Assembly: GCA_963744375.1 (NCBI GenBank)
Contig: CAVUTH010000008.1
Location: forward strand, 6,746-70,745
Origin: an uncultured Chloroflexia bacterium
GTDB lineage: Bacteria; Chloroflexota; Anaerolineae; Anaerolineales; UBA4823
DNA: 64,000 nucleotides
Direction: 5' to 3'
The notes below the pieces were generated by a model that made no database searches, was not told the DNA's origin, and saw nothing but the letters and a program-made list of their open reading frames with translations. The position numbers and the translations under genes were made by a program. Numbering within the stretch: the first letter of the stretch is position 1; every line of letters begins with the position of its first letter. Below are positions 20,432-29,061 of this stretch, in pieces.

Positions 20432-20466
20432 GTAGGGCAAACTGTTAGTTTGCCCGGTCTGGCAGC
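20432..20466 (+). repeat. GTAGGGC-hairpin-CCGG element (copy 2 of 4)
   Basis: GTAGGGCAAACTGTTAGTTTGCCCGGTCTGGCAGC, downstream of the permease stop at 20316. Confidence 0.45.
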
Positions 20467-20517
20467 TAAAGCTCCGGCACCGGTGGCTCAAGCCGCAGCA
20501 CAGCTGCAAATCGCCGG

Positions 20518-20563
20518 CTACTAATCACTATTACTAATCACTAATTACTGATTACTGATCACC
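20518..20563. repeat. cryptically simple tract (TAATCAC/TGATTAC words)
   Basis: CTACTAATCACTATTACTAATCACTAATTACTGATTACTGATCACC, immediately upstream of the RBS of the next gene. Confidence 0.6.
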
Positions 20564-20589
20564 ATTTACAAATGATAGGAGTACACACA

Positions 20590-21354
20590 ATGAAAAAAAA
20601 TATCTTGATCGTGACTTTATTTGTTCTAATCCTTACCCTGGCCGCCTGCGGGGGCAGCGCCAATACCGCCGCCAGCACCGATAGTGCCGCCGTGCAAGGC
20701 ACTCCACAGCCTGCCTCCAGCAGCAGTGACGCGCAGCCCGCCGCCGGCGACGGCACACCGCAGCCCGGCATACCCTTCCAGGGCGAGCGGCCCGACTCGA
20801 TGGCACTGGCCTACGGCATCTTCCAGCTGGAAGAGAGCGACGCACCCATCGATGCGGCCCAGGCTGCCAAACTGCTGCCGCTGTGGAAGGCTGCCCGCAG
20901 CCTGAGTGCCAGTGATACGGCTGCCACCGCCGAGATCGAAGCGCTGTGGAAGCAGATCCGCAGCACGCTCACCGCCGAGCAGCAGCAGCTGATCGACTCG
21001 GCGGAGCTCACCCCGGAGCAGTTTGCCGCCCTGGGCGAGAAGTACGGGCTTACGATGGGCTTTGGCCCGGGTGGCGGACAGATGGATGAGAGCACGCGGG
21101 CGACCGTCGAAGCGCTGCGCGCCAGCGGGCAGATGCCCCAGCGCGGCCAGGGCGGCGGTATGGGGTTGGGACCGGGTGGTGAAGCTGGCATGATCGTAGG
21201 TGGCCCGGGCGGCGGAGAATTTGCCGCCGGTGGCGATCCCTCTGCCATGCAGACTGCCGTAGCGGAGAATGGTGGTTTCCGCGGCGCCCGCATGGGCCTG
21301 AACAGCGCCCTGCTGGATGCCATCATTACCTTCCTGGAAGGCAAGGTCCAATAA
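20590..21354 (+). CDS. hypothetical lipoprotein with LTxEQ helices and Gly-rich C-terminal half
   Basis: ORF 20572..21354. I prefer the ATG at 20590, behind AGGAG. It has the lipobox LTLAAC, then LTAEQQQLIDSAELTPEQFAAL and later GGGMGLGPGGEAGMIVGGPGGGEF. Confidence 0.6.
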   Translation: MKKNILIVTLFVLILTLAACGGSANTAASTDSAAVQGTPQPASSSSDAQPAAGDGTPQPGIPFQGERPDSMALAYGIFQLEESDAPIDAAQAAKLLPLWKAARSLSASDTAATAEIEALWKQIRSTLTAEQQQLIDSAELTPEQFAALGEKYGLTMGFGPGGGQMDESTRATVEALRASGQMPQRGQGGGMGLGPGGEAGMIVGGPGGGEFAAGGDPSAMQTAVAENGGFRGARMGLNSALLDAIITFLEGKVQ

Positions 21355-21387
21355 AGCCGTAGGTTCAGGACTGGGGAGGTGTAGCGT

Positions 21388-21836
21388 ATGTGGAAAAAAT
21401 TGATCTGGATCGTCCGCTGCTGGCCCTGCTCTTAATGGGTGTGGGCAAAGTGGAAGGCCGTCGCTACGATCAGAACGGCGTCGCCGGCGGTCCCATGCTG
21501 CTGGTGGTGATCAACAAGTCCGGCATGCCGCTCGAGCTGAGCCTGACCGGTCAGGATACGGACAGCTTCTACGTGCTGCGCGTGCCCACTGGGACCAAGG
21601 AATTCCCTTACGAGCAGACCTTCGAAGTGCTGCCGGATACCTACACCTCGTCCCTTTTTTACGTCGAGATTTATGATCCGGTCTACGGCTACACCTGCGA
21701 CTCGAAAAGCATGCAGCTGCCGGTCTACCGTAAAGTGTGGGTCACCGTCACCGGCTGCGATCACAGCACCCGCGGCCGCCCCGAAGCCCCGGCAATTTTG
21801 AAATACGGTGTCAGCGCCGGGAGGCAGGGGAGATAA
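21388..21836 (+). CDS. hypothetical protein, probable N-terminal anchor split by a frameshift
   Basis: The ORF track starts at GTG 21390. The ATG at 21388 lies 9 nt after GGGGAGG and gives MWKKLIWIV before hitting a stop. The main frame continues PLLALLLMGVG..., which suggests an indel near 21412-21417. I recognise no family. Confidence 0.45.
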
Positions 21837-21842
21837 GCCTCT

Positions 21843-21875
21843 GTAGGGCAAGCTGTCAGCTTGTCCGGGTGCCCG
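21843..21875 (+). repeat. GTAGGGC-hairpin-CCGG element (copy 3 of 4)
   Basis: GTAGGGCAAGCTGTCAGCTTGTCCGGGTGCCCG, 7 nt after the stop at 21836. Confidence 0.45.
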
Positions 21876-21947
21876 TCCATCTTGAAACATGGCGTCAGTG
21901 CCGGTAGGAAGGCGCGCTAATGGCCAGCCATGATCTAAAAAGACTAA

Positions 21948-22417
21948 TTACTCATTCAGTATGTACTGCTGATGGGTTGGCAGAATATTCTTGATAAAGT
22001 TGCCAGGTAGCATGGCGATTACGCCAAGGTTCGCGATGTTTACTTCATTAATCAGGTTTTTATCGAGTGTGAGGAAGATGAGAGATGGATTCATTAACAA
22101 AGCAGCAGCAACAACATGTGCATCTTTCTTATTCACTCGGCCTTCAAACTGGCGACTCGAATCAGGGAGTGGCATTGGTGCCAGCCTGAAAGGTGTGATT
22201 GCTATTAATGCCTCAAAACGCTGGAGAGCCTCAATGCCTAATTTCGCTTGGATATTGTGCTGAGTTTCCAATAAAACTGGTTGTGAGACATACGCCTGGA
22301 GATATCCCCGGGCACACATGGAAAATAAAAAGCCCGAACCTCCCGTTGGATTGCCTGCAGCCGCGATCAGGCAGGCTGCATCAAAGAATATCCGGGTATT
22401 GGAGTTACAGAGATCAT
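21948..22417 (-). pseudogene. PIN-domain toxin (VapC-like), one frameshift close to the start
   Basis: The ATG at 22417 overlaps the antitoxin stop as ATGA and gives MISVTP. The PIN frame then continues as NTRIFFDAACLIAAAGNPTGGSGFLF...AHVVAAALLMN...FLTLDKN (ORF 21948..22319). One A appears to be missing in CCAATACC. Confidence 0.65.
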
Positions 22418-22712
22418 TTAGTTTCTGAGCGAAAACGTTGGGTGATTGCTAGTGCTTCCTCATCCAAAGTGTCATCTTTCAGAAACTCGCTGATTTCTCT
22501 CCCTGTATACTCGCGGAGGGAAATGTCTTTCCGGGTACGGGTTGCCCACAATAACAAGTCGATGCTTGTCCTGGGAATACGGTAAGCCCTCCAAGCCCCA
22601 GCCTGGAAGCGACCAGCTTTCCCTGGCGAATGTAGCGATATACCGTCTCTCGGTCGATCTGCAGGTATTCAGCTGCCTGTTCAGGTGTGAAAATCTCGGG
22701 TGACCTTTCCAC
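22414..22712 (-). pseudogene. excisionase/MerR-type HTH antitoxin, one frameshift
   Basis: ORF 22479..22712 gives MERSPEIFTPEQAAEYLQIDRETVYRYIRQGKLVASRLG. The remainder (AYRIPRTSIDLLLWATRTRKDISLREYTGREISEFLKDDTLDEEALAITQRFRSETK) is in another frame and ends at 22414. Confidence 0.65.
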
Positions 22713-22898
22713 GATTGCTCCTCGACTCTATTTGATCCTATTATACACGATTTGATAATGAATAGGACCATAATCCACAGGTCGCCACTCAGGCGGTGAT
22801 CCAATATCAGATTTCAGTCCATATCAGGCTGAAAAAGATGGAAATAGCTAGCCATATCAGGCTAAGGAACCATCTCAAGATCGCTCCGAGAAAGTAAA

Positions 22899-23180
22899 TC
22901 AACCCAGGTTGCTGGCTGCCTCTTCCAGGGTAAAAGCACGAATGGTCTCCGTGCGCAGTCCACTTCGGGACAGGGACATCGCAAATTTCATCGCAATGCC
23001 TGCATTTGCCGCCTGGAATACCAGCAGGGAGTCGTATTGCCCTTGAAGCACCAGCCAGGTGGACAGGCTGATCCCCAATCCCTTTGCAGTAGCCTTAACC
23101 TGAGTCATCATTGCCCCGGTATCCTCAGGCTTCATCGCACCGGGGTTGGCGAAGGTCGCCAGGATTACGTATGTTTCCAT
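22899..23180 (-). CDS. GYD domain protein
   Basis: ORF 22899..23192, with METYVILATF as the likely start. The VLQGQYDSLLVF motif and the size of about 93 aa fit the GYD family. Confidence 0.7.
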   Translation of the reverse strand: METYVILATFANPGAMKPEDTGAMMTQVKATAKGLGISLSTWLVLQGQYDSLLVFQAANAGIAMKFAMSLSRSGLRTETIRAFTLEEAASNLG

Positions 23181-23197
23181 AATTGTTCTCATTATCC

Positions 23198-24028
23198 TTA
23201 ACCATGAATCACTCGAACGCGCACGGTCTCGCTCTTGCCTTTTAACTCCAGGTCTCGGATTTCCAGGCTTTCATCATCCAGGTGGGCAGCCTGGTAAGTG
23301 GCCTCACTGATCAAGACTTCACCAGCCAGCGCTTTAGACGCCAACCGGGCGGTGATATTGACGTTGTCGCCCAGGGCGGTAAAATCCGAGGAAGCTTCGT
23401 TCGCACCGGATATGGTGCCGATCCAGGCTGGGCCGGTATGGATTCCAACCCCGACGGGCACCCATGGGCCGCCGGCATCCCTGTGGCCGGTAGCTCTCAG
23501 CAAGGCTTTACCGGCTTCCACCGCCCGCCGGGCGTGCTCTTTACCGGCATAGCCGGGGACAAAAAAGCCGATGACTTCATCGCCAACAATTTTATCGACC
23601 AGCGCATCCGCCTGGATAAGCTCGTTGATGGTCGCCTCGTAGAAGCGATTCATCAGACGGCTGAATTCGCTGGTGCTCATCCTCTCGGCCAGCTTGGTGG
23701 AGCCGCGCACATCGGCAAAGAGCATGCTTAATTCGACCTCTGTGCCTCCAGGGAATTTGTTGTTGAAAATCTCGCAAGCATTGCAGTAGCGTGGATTCTT
23801 GGCGGAGGGCTGGCTGCCATACAGCCCAAAACGGGCCAGAAAACCGCCGAAGCCACCAAAGGGCGTATAGCAGGATGCACAGCGTGGGTTTGATGGAAGT
23901 AATTTGTGAAAATGCCGGGTTTTTCGGTAGTTGGGATCGCCCTCCGAGAGCAGCTTGTGCCACATTTCCTCCACCGTCGTGACCTGGAACATCTTTTGAT
24001 AACTTTTCGGTAGCGGTTTATCGGACAT
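23198..24028 (-). CDS. class III adenylate/guanylate cyclase with N-terminal Cys-rich (zinc-ribbon-like) region
   Basis: 276-aa ORF. The cyclase core reads LFADVRGSTKLAERMS...KIVGDEVIGFF...GIHTGPAW...TALGDNVNITARL. The N-terminus has CASC...CNAC. Confidence 0.8.
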   Translation of the reverse strand: MSDKPLPKSYQKMFQVTTVEEMWHKLLSEGDPNYRKTRHFHKLLPSNPRCASCYTPFGGFGGFLARFGLYGSQPSAKNPRYCNACEIFNNKFPGGTEVELSMLFADVRGSTKLAERMSTSEFSRLMNRFYEATINELIQADALVDKIVGDEVIGFFVPGYAGKEHARRAVEAGKALLRATGHRDAGGPWVPVGVGIHTGPAWIGTISGANEASSDFTALGDNVNITARLASKALAGEVLISEATYQAAHLDDESLEIRDLELKGKSETVRVRVIHG

Positions 24029-24060
24029 GAGGTGTCCCTCTGAGGAGTGTTACTGATAAA

Positions 24061-24168
24061 TTAGACCATAATTATATCATATCCGTCAAATTCCAGATCC
24101 TCGGTGTATCTCAGGATTTTCTTGCAGGATAGCTGGATATCTTCCAGGTACAGCCGGACGTCACGCGA
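24061..24168 (-). pseudogene. truncated HEPN (DUF86-type) toxin fragment
   Basis: My minus-strand translation RDVRLYLEDIQLSCKKILRYTEDLEFDGYDIIMV* matches only the N-terminal third of DUF86 HEPN proteins. It overlaps the MNT stop. Confidence 0.45.
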
Positions 24169-24448
24169 CACGGATCGCCTCTCGTTCAACTTCCGGCCGA
24201 ATTCTTGGTTTTAAAGTGTCGGCAAATACCAGATCTACCTCCCGACCGAGCAAATCTTCAAGGAAGAATTTTACCTGGATGTAGCGATCATAAGTCAGCG
24301 GGGGGGCAAGCTCGATAAGCAAATCCACATCGCTGTTGGGGTGAACATCTCCTCGAGCGACTGAACCAAAGACTTTCAGGAACGAACCCCAAGTTCATGT
24401 AAACGAGGGGCATGATCACGGATTGCTGCTAAGATTTCTTCGATCCAT
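24161..24448 (-). pseudogene. nucleotidyltransferase (MNT-type antitoxin), at least 2 frameshifts
   Basis: Minus-strand pieces: the ATG at 24448 (MDR..), then EEILAAIRDHAPRLHELGVRS, then KVFGSVARGDVHPNSDVDLLIELAPPLTYDRYIQVKFFLEDLLGREVDLVFADTLKPRIRPEVEREAIRVA*. The GSxxRG...SDxDLL motif is present. Confidence 0.65.
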
Positions 24449-24489
24449 ACTGCCTATTATACAGAAGAAATGTCGAAAAATCTCTGAAA

Positions 24490-25860
24490 TCACCCCGCCG
24501 GGAAGCGCATGGTGAAAGTCGCCCCCTCGCCTAAATGGCTCTCCACCCCGATCTGCCCGCCCATAGCCGTGACCAGTGATTTGGCGATGGTCAGGCCCAG
24601 CCCGGCGTCGCCGTTGTTCTGGCGGGAAGTGTCGCCCCGGTAGAAGCGGTTGAAGACGTTGGGCAAATCTTGGGGGGCGATGCCCGCGCCGTTATCGCGC
24701 ACCCGCAGCAGCACCTGCTTGCCTTCCTGGTTGGCGGAAAGCTCGATCAGGCCGCCGGTTGGCGTGTAGCGCAGGGCGTTGGAGACCAGGTTGCCGAGCA
24801 CCTGCGCCATGCGCTCCGGATCCACATTGACTGTGGGCAGGTCTTCGGCAGCGCTCACCTGCAGCGCCACGCCCTGGGCCTCTGCTTTGGCGGAATAGGA
24901 TTGGCGCGCCCTTTCCAGCATAGCCGCCGGGGGCGTCGCTTGCGGCTGGATAGGCAGCTCGCCGGCATCTGCCAGAGAGAGCGTGCGCAGGTCGTCCACC
25001 AGGCGGCTGAGCTGCCCGGCTGAGTTGTGCATGGTGTCGAAAATCTCGGTCGTGCCGGATAGCTTGCCGTCACTGAGCGCCTCGGTGTAGCCCAGCAGGA
25101 TGCTGAGCGGGTTGCGCAGGTCGTGGGCGATGTCGGCGGTCATCTGCTTGCGCAGGCGGTTGGATTGTTCCAGGTCGGCGCTCATCCTGTTGAAGGAGCC
25201 GGTCAGCTGGCCGATCTCATCGTTGGAGCGCACCGGCACCTGAATGCCCAGCGCTCCCTGGGCAACACGACGGGTAGCCTCGGCCAGCGCATGCAGCGGC
25301 GAGGTCAGCGAGCGCGCCAGCAGCCCGCCCAGCACCAGCGAGACCAGCATGGCGCCGATGGCACCGATCAGGATGGCCTGGTTGATCGTGCTGAGGAAGA
25401 TGCCCTGCGGCGAGCTGCGTTCCCAATCTACCAGAGCGCGCGCACTGAGCAAGTAACCGACCGTATTGCCATCGACTTCGATGGGGATGCCGGTCCTCAG
25501 CTCGGCGGAGCTAACCGTCTGCTGGTCATTGGGCAGGCGGCCGTACACCAGCCGCCCATCGACATCGGCCAGCAGGTAGGGCAGGCGCACCACATCACCG
25601 CGCCCGTCAAGTGGATGATTATCCGGTCTGCCGGGATTCGTGTCCGGTATCTGCACCAGCACCGACTCCAGGTTGCCCCAGCCGCCCTGCGCCTGGTAAT
25701 AGTCGGCCAGGGCTGCGGCCACCTGCTCGATGTTCTGGTCGAACAGGAAGCGGTCGAATGCGGTGCGGGTGCGCTGTTGGATGATCAGCACCGCCAGGCC
25801 GGCGCCTACCAGGCTGACCAGCACGAAGGCCAGGGTGATCTTGGCAAATAATGAGCGCAT
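24490..25860 (-). CDS. sensor histidine kinase (TM-sensor-TM-HAMP-HisKA-HATPase)
   Basis: 456-aa ORF with H-box DIAHDLRNPLS, N-box NLVSNALRYTP, G-boxes DNGAGI and GLGLTIAKS, and two TM segments flanking a periplasmic domain of about 150 aa. Confidence 0.9.
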   Translation of the reverse strand: MRSLFAKITLAFVLVSLVGAGLAVLIIQQRTRTAFDRFLFDQNIEQVAAALADYYQAQGGWGNLESVLVQIPDTNPGRPDNHPLDGRGDVVRLPYLLADVDGRLVYGRLPNDQQTVSSAELRTGIPIEVDGNTVGYLLSARALVDWERSSPQGIFLSTINQAILIGAIGAMLVSLVLGGLLARSLTSPLHALAEATRRVAQGALGIQVPVRSNDEIGQLTGSFNRMSADLEQSNRLRKQMTADIAHDLRNPLSILLGYTEALSDGKLSGTTEIFDTMHNSAGQLSRLVDDLRTLSLADAGELPIQPQATPPAAMLERARQSYSAKAEAQGVALQVSAAEDLPTVNVDPERMAQVLGNLVSNALRYTPTGGLIELSANQEGKQVLLRVRDNGAGIAPQDLPNVFNRFYRGDTSRQNNGDAGLGLTIAKSLVTAMGGQIGVESHLGEGATFTMRFPAG

Positions 25861-26555
25861 CAGATTTTTTCCAGCTGGGCGGCGAAGCGGTAGCCCGCAC
25901 CGTAGAGCGTCTCGATGTACACCGGGTGCGCCGGCTCGGGCTCGATCTTGTTTCTCAAATTATGGATGTGCACGTCGATGGTGCGCTCGTAGCCTTCGTA
26001 GGCGGTGCCTTGCAGGCGCTCGAGCAGCTCCAGGCGGGTGAAGGAACGCCCCGGTGCAGCCATCAGCACCGCCAGCAGGTCGAACTCTGAGGCGGTCAGG
26101 TCCACCAGGCGGTCGCCTACCTTCACCAGCCGCCCGCTGCGGTCCAGGGTGATATCGGAGGCGCGCAGGATATCGGTCTGCAGGTCTTGCTTACCCACGC
26201 GGCGCAGCACCGTGCGCACCCGGGCGGCCAGCTCGCGGATGCTGAACGGTTTGGTGATGTAGTCGTCGGCGCCCAGCTCCAGCCCCAGCACTTTGTCGTT
26301 TTCCTCCAGCTTGGCGGTCAGCAGAATGACCGGCGTGTTGGATTCACGTGCGAACAAGCGCATGAACTCGTAGCCGTCCATCTCGGGCATCATAATATCC
26401 AGGATCACCAGGTCGGGCTTCTCGTAACGTGCCACGAACAGGGCTTCCTTGCCGTTGGAGGCAGTCTCGATGGTGAAGCCCTCCTGGACAAGGTAGGATT
26501 TGAGCATCGAGCGCAGCTGCAGGTTATCGTCAACAATCAGGATTTTCTTGGGCAT
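25860..26555 (-). CDS. OmpR-family response regulator
   Basis: Receiver domain (ILIVDD...DLVILDIMMPEMDG...LTAK) plus a winged-helix output domain (RTIDVHIHNLRNKIE...IETLYGAGYRF). It overlaps the HK start by 1 nt. Confidence 0.9.
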   Translation of the reverse strand: MPKKILIVDDNLQLRSMLKSYLVQEGFTIETASNGKEALFVARYEKPDLVILDIMMPEMDGYEFMRLFARESNTPVILLTAKLEENDKVLGLELGADDYITKPFSIRELAARVRTVLRRVGKQDLQTDILRASDITLDRSGRLVKVGDRLVDLTASEFDLLAVLMAAPGRSFTRLELLERLQGTAYEGYERTIDVHIHNLRNKIEPEPAHPVYIETLYGAGYRFAAQLEKI

Positions 26556-26804
26556 GGGTTTGCATCCACAGATCAGGTTATTGTTCTGTTCTGAGGATAA
26601 CAGGGATTTGTTTAGAAATTATTAAGAAGGTATGTTGAAATCATGATGATTTTTGGAATAATCAGCCACAGATGAACGCAGATTGCCACAGATAGTTAAT
26701 TATTTGAATTCATTTGCATTCATCGGTGGTTGCTCTTAACCCTTTCGTCCAGGGCAATCTATCTGCCCTGGACGAAAACTTTACCAGGCTAGAACTTTAC
26801 TCGA

Positions 26805-27551
26805 TTAGCTATCGGTGCTTGGTGTCGTCGTGTCCGGGTTGGTTGAGTCATCGGGTTGGCCGAACATACCCGGTCCACCATGACCGCCGTGACCGCCGCG
26901 CCCACCGGGACCTTCAAGACCGCCATCCCTGCCAAAAGGTTCCATACCGGGCAGGACGCGCATGCCGCTGCTCAGCACCAGGTCAGCCTGCTCCTGGGTG
27001 ATCACGCCGTCGTCCACGGCCTGCTGGATGGCAGCTTCATAGGCAGCCTGCAGGGCGGTGCGATACTCAGCCGCAGTCAGGCCCTGCTCAGTCAGGATAT
27101 CGGTCATCGAAGTGCCTGCATCGCGGGCCGCTTGCAGCTCTTCCACGGTCATGCCCAGCGCCTCAGCCTGCAGAGCTTCCGGGTCGATGTAGCCTTTCAA
27201 CGCCTGCTGCGCGCGCATCTGGTCGGCTTCTTCCGCCGTCAGGTCGCCGTTTTCCACTGCCTGGTCGAGCGCCGCCGAGTAGGCCTGCTGCTGAGCAGCC
27301 TGCAGCTCTTCGACACTGATGCCCAGGGCTTCGGCCAGCAGGGCATCGTAATCGATGTCGCTGCCGAACATATGCCTGTCAAAGCCGGGCAGCCCGCGGC
27401 CGAGCGGCGCGCTGGTCTGAGTTGTGGTTGTGGCTGTATCCTGCGCCTGGACGAGCTGCGGGGCGAAGGACATCACGCCGATGGCGATTGCGCCAACGAC
27501 TGCCGCCGTGATGGCGGTTTTCCAAACGTTCCATTTCTTGGGTTGTTCCAT
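26805..27551 (-). CDS. hypothetical periplasmic helical-repeat protein with Gly/His-rich tail (CpxP/ZraP-like by context)
   Basis: ORF 26805..27611. I prefer the ATG at 27551, behind AAGGAG. It has an N-terminal anchor and repeated units LLAEALGISVEELQAAQQQAY / LQAEALGMTVEELQAARDAG. The tail reads GGRGGHGGHGGPG. It lies upstream of the RR/HK on the same strand. Confidence 0.55.
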   Translation of the reverse strand: MEQPKKWNVWKTAITAAVVGAIAIGVMSFAPQLVQAQDTATTTTQTSAPLGRGLPGFDRHMFGSDIDYDALLAEALGISVEELQAAQQQAYSAALDQAVENGDLTAEEADQMRAQQALKGYIDPEALQAEALGMTVEELQAARDAGTSMTDILTEQGLTAAEYRTALQAAYEAAIQQAVDDGVITQEQADLVLSSGMRVLPGMEPFGRDGGLEGPGGRGGHGGHGGPGMFGQPDDSTNPDTTTPSTDS

Positions 27552-27689
27552 TGTTGTACTCCTTGTGCAGTATCTGGTTTGTAGTTTGTGATCTGACAGA
27601 CCGTCTGTCATGATCTATACACAAGGATATCAATGGGTTGTTCAGGGAGTGTTAAGAAGTGATTTTGAGATTATTGGGGTCGCGCGATG

Positions 27690-27724
27690 AAAAGAAAATC
27701 CGGGGTTGTTGTTCGCCCCGGATT
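27690..27724 (-). terminator. Rho-independent terminator
   Basis: Stem AATCCGGGG/CCCCGGATT followed on the minus strand by TTTTCTTTTC. It lies downstream of the small gene ending at 27765. Confidence 0.55.
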
Positions 27725-27764
27725 TGTAAGCTGCCTTACCTGGCTATGGGATGTGTCATATTTT

Positions 27765-27995
27765 CTATTGATGAATCGGTGGGTTCTTTTCACGCCGGGC
27801 GATTTGGATGAGCATCCGAAGGGCTTCATTTACTGCTTCAGAATCAGGAAATACCTCCGCCACATCCGGGGAAAGAACGACGATGTTCGTGCCTTGCTGG
27901 AATTCTTGCGTATATTTGCCTCTGACTCCTTTGGTGAAGTCATACTCCGCAAGGATTTCTTCGTTTATTGACTTAGATGCCTTCTTCATATTCAC
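27765..27995 (-). CDS. small antitoxin-like protein (orphan)
   Basis: 76-aa ORF in an AT-rich patch. The pattern YDFTKGVRGKY...VVLSPDVAEVFPDSEAVNEALRMLI is one I associate with small type II antitoxin-like proteins. No toxin partner is adjacent. Confidence 0.4.
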   Translation of the reverse strand: MNMKKASKSINEEILAEYDFTKGVRGKYTQEFQQGTNIVVLSPDVAEVFPDSEAVNEALRMLIQIARREKNPPIHQ

Positions 27996-28111
27996 TTATC
28001 TAATTTTATCATTAGATAGGACACAAAAAACTGGTATCTGATTTGACGACGGTCTCCTTGCTGTTTTCTTAATTACACACTGCCTCTCTATGGGTATTAA
28101 CTAAGATTCAT

Positions 28112-28149
28112 TAAAGAAAAGACCCATCTGAGATTGAAGGATGGGTCTT
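28112..28149 (-). terminator. Rho-independent terminator of the azoreductase-like gene
   Basis: Stem AAGACCCAT/ATGGGTCTT followed on the minus strand by TTTCTTTAATG. It lies 7 nt after the stop. Confidence 0.55.
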
Positions 28150-28155
28150 TGATGA

Positions 28156-28860
28156 TCACTTATTCGTTTCTAACGGCGCAGGCTTTACGCCCTCTGGGAA
28201 CTCGATCGACTCCAGCGGCTCATGCTCATCCCAGTGGTTGCCGGCGACCATGGCCTTGGCTTCCTCGATGGCTTTGAGCAGAGCGTCTCGGCGCAGCGCA
28301 GCGGAAACATCCATCGGCTGCGCATTAATAAAGTGCAGGTCGGTGATGCCCACAAAATTGAAGATTGCCCGCAGGTAAGGTTCAACAAAATCCAGGGAGT
28401 GAATGTAGGTGTTCGGGGAATAATCTCCGCCCCGCGACGTAACCACGATCATCTTTTTGCCATGCACCAATCCCTCCGGAATTCCTCGCTCGTTGTAGCG
28501 AAACAGGTATCCCGGCTGCACGATGGCATCAATGTAGTATTTCAGGGCGTAAGGGATGCCAAAATTCCACATCGGCGTGGTAATCACGTACAGATCGGCA
28601 TCTAAGAAGCGCTTGATACTGGCTTCGATCGCCTCCCAGGATGATTTATGATGCTCGTCTAGCTCCTGCCCGGTCATCAGCTTATATTTGCTGTCAATAT
28701 TTTCTCCAGCCACAGAAGGCAAATCGGCTTTAAACAGGTCCAGCACGTTGACTCGCAGATCCGCATAGTTTTTATACAGCTCTTCGATCAGTACATTGGA
28801 TACACGTATCGTATTGGATTCGTGGCCGCGGGGAGTAGCAACAATGTGTAAGAGTTTCAC
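28156..28860 (-). CDS. FMN-dependent NADH-azoreductase / NAD(P)H quinone oxidoreductase (flavodoxin-like fold)
   Basis: ORF 28156..28965. I prefer the GTG at 28860, giving VKLLHIVATPRGHESNT. The motifs YVITTPMWNFGIPYALKYYID and VVTSRGGDY are typical of AzoR-type enzymes. The context is AT-rich. Confidence 0.75.
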   Translation of the reverse strand: MKLLHIVATPRGHESNTIRVSNVLIEELYKNYADLRVNVLDLFKADLPSVAGENIDSKYKLMTGQELDEHHKSSWEAIEASIKRFLDADLYVITTPMWNFGIPYALKYYIDAIVQPGYLFRYNERGIPEGLVHGKKMIVVTSRGGDYSPNTYIHSLDFVEPYLRAIFNFVGITDLHFINAQPMDVSAALRRDALLKAIEEAKAMVAGNHWDEHEPLESIEFPEGVKPAPLETNK

Positions 28861-29061
28861 GGTAAATCCCTTTTCTAATAGAATATGGATACTCGAATTA
28901 CTCTTTTTACCTGAAACACTGACAGGGTGCCCGGTAAATAGGATAATGAGGGTATTCATTCTCATTATAGTCCGCTATAGATTAATTCAGGGAATATTAA
29001 TAATCCCTAAGGAAATTAACAAGCTGCAATCAAATATCGCAGAGCTGTGCTGGATACTGAC

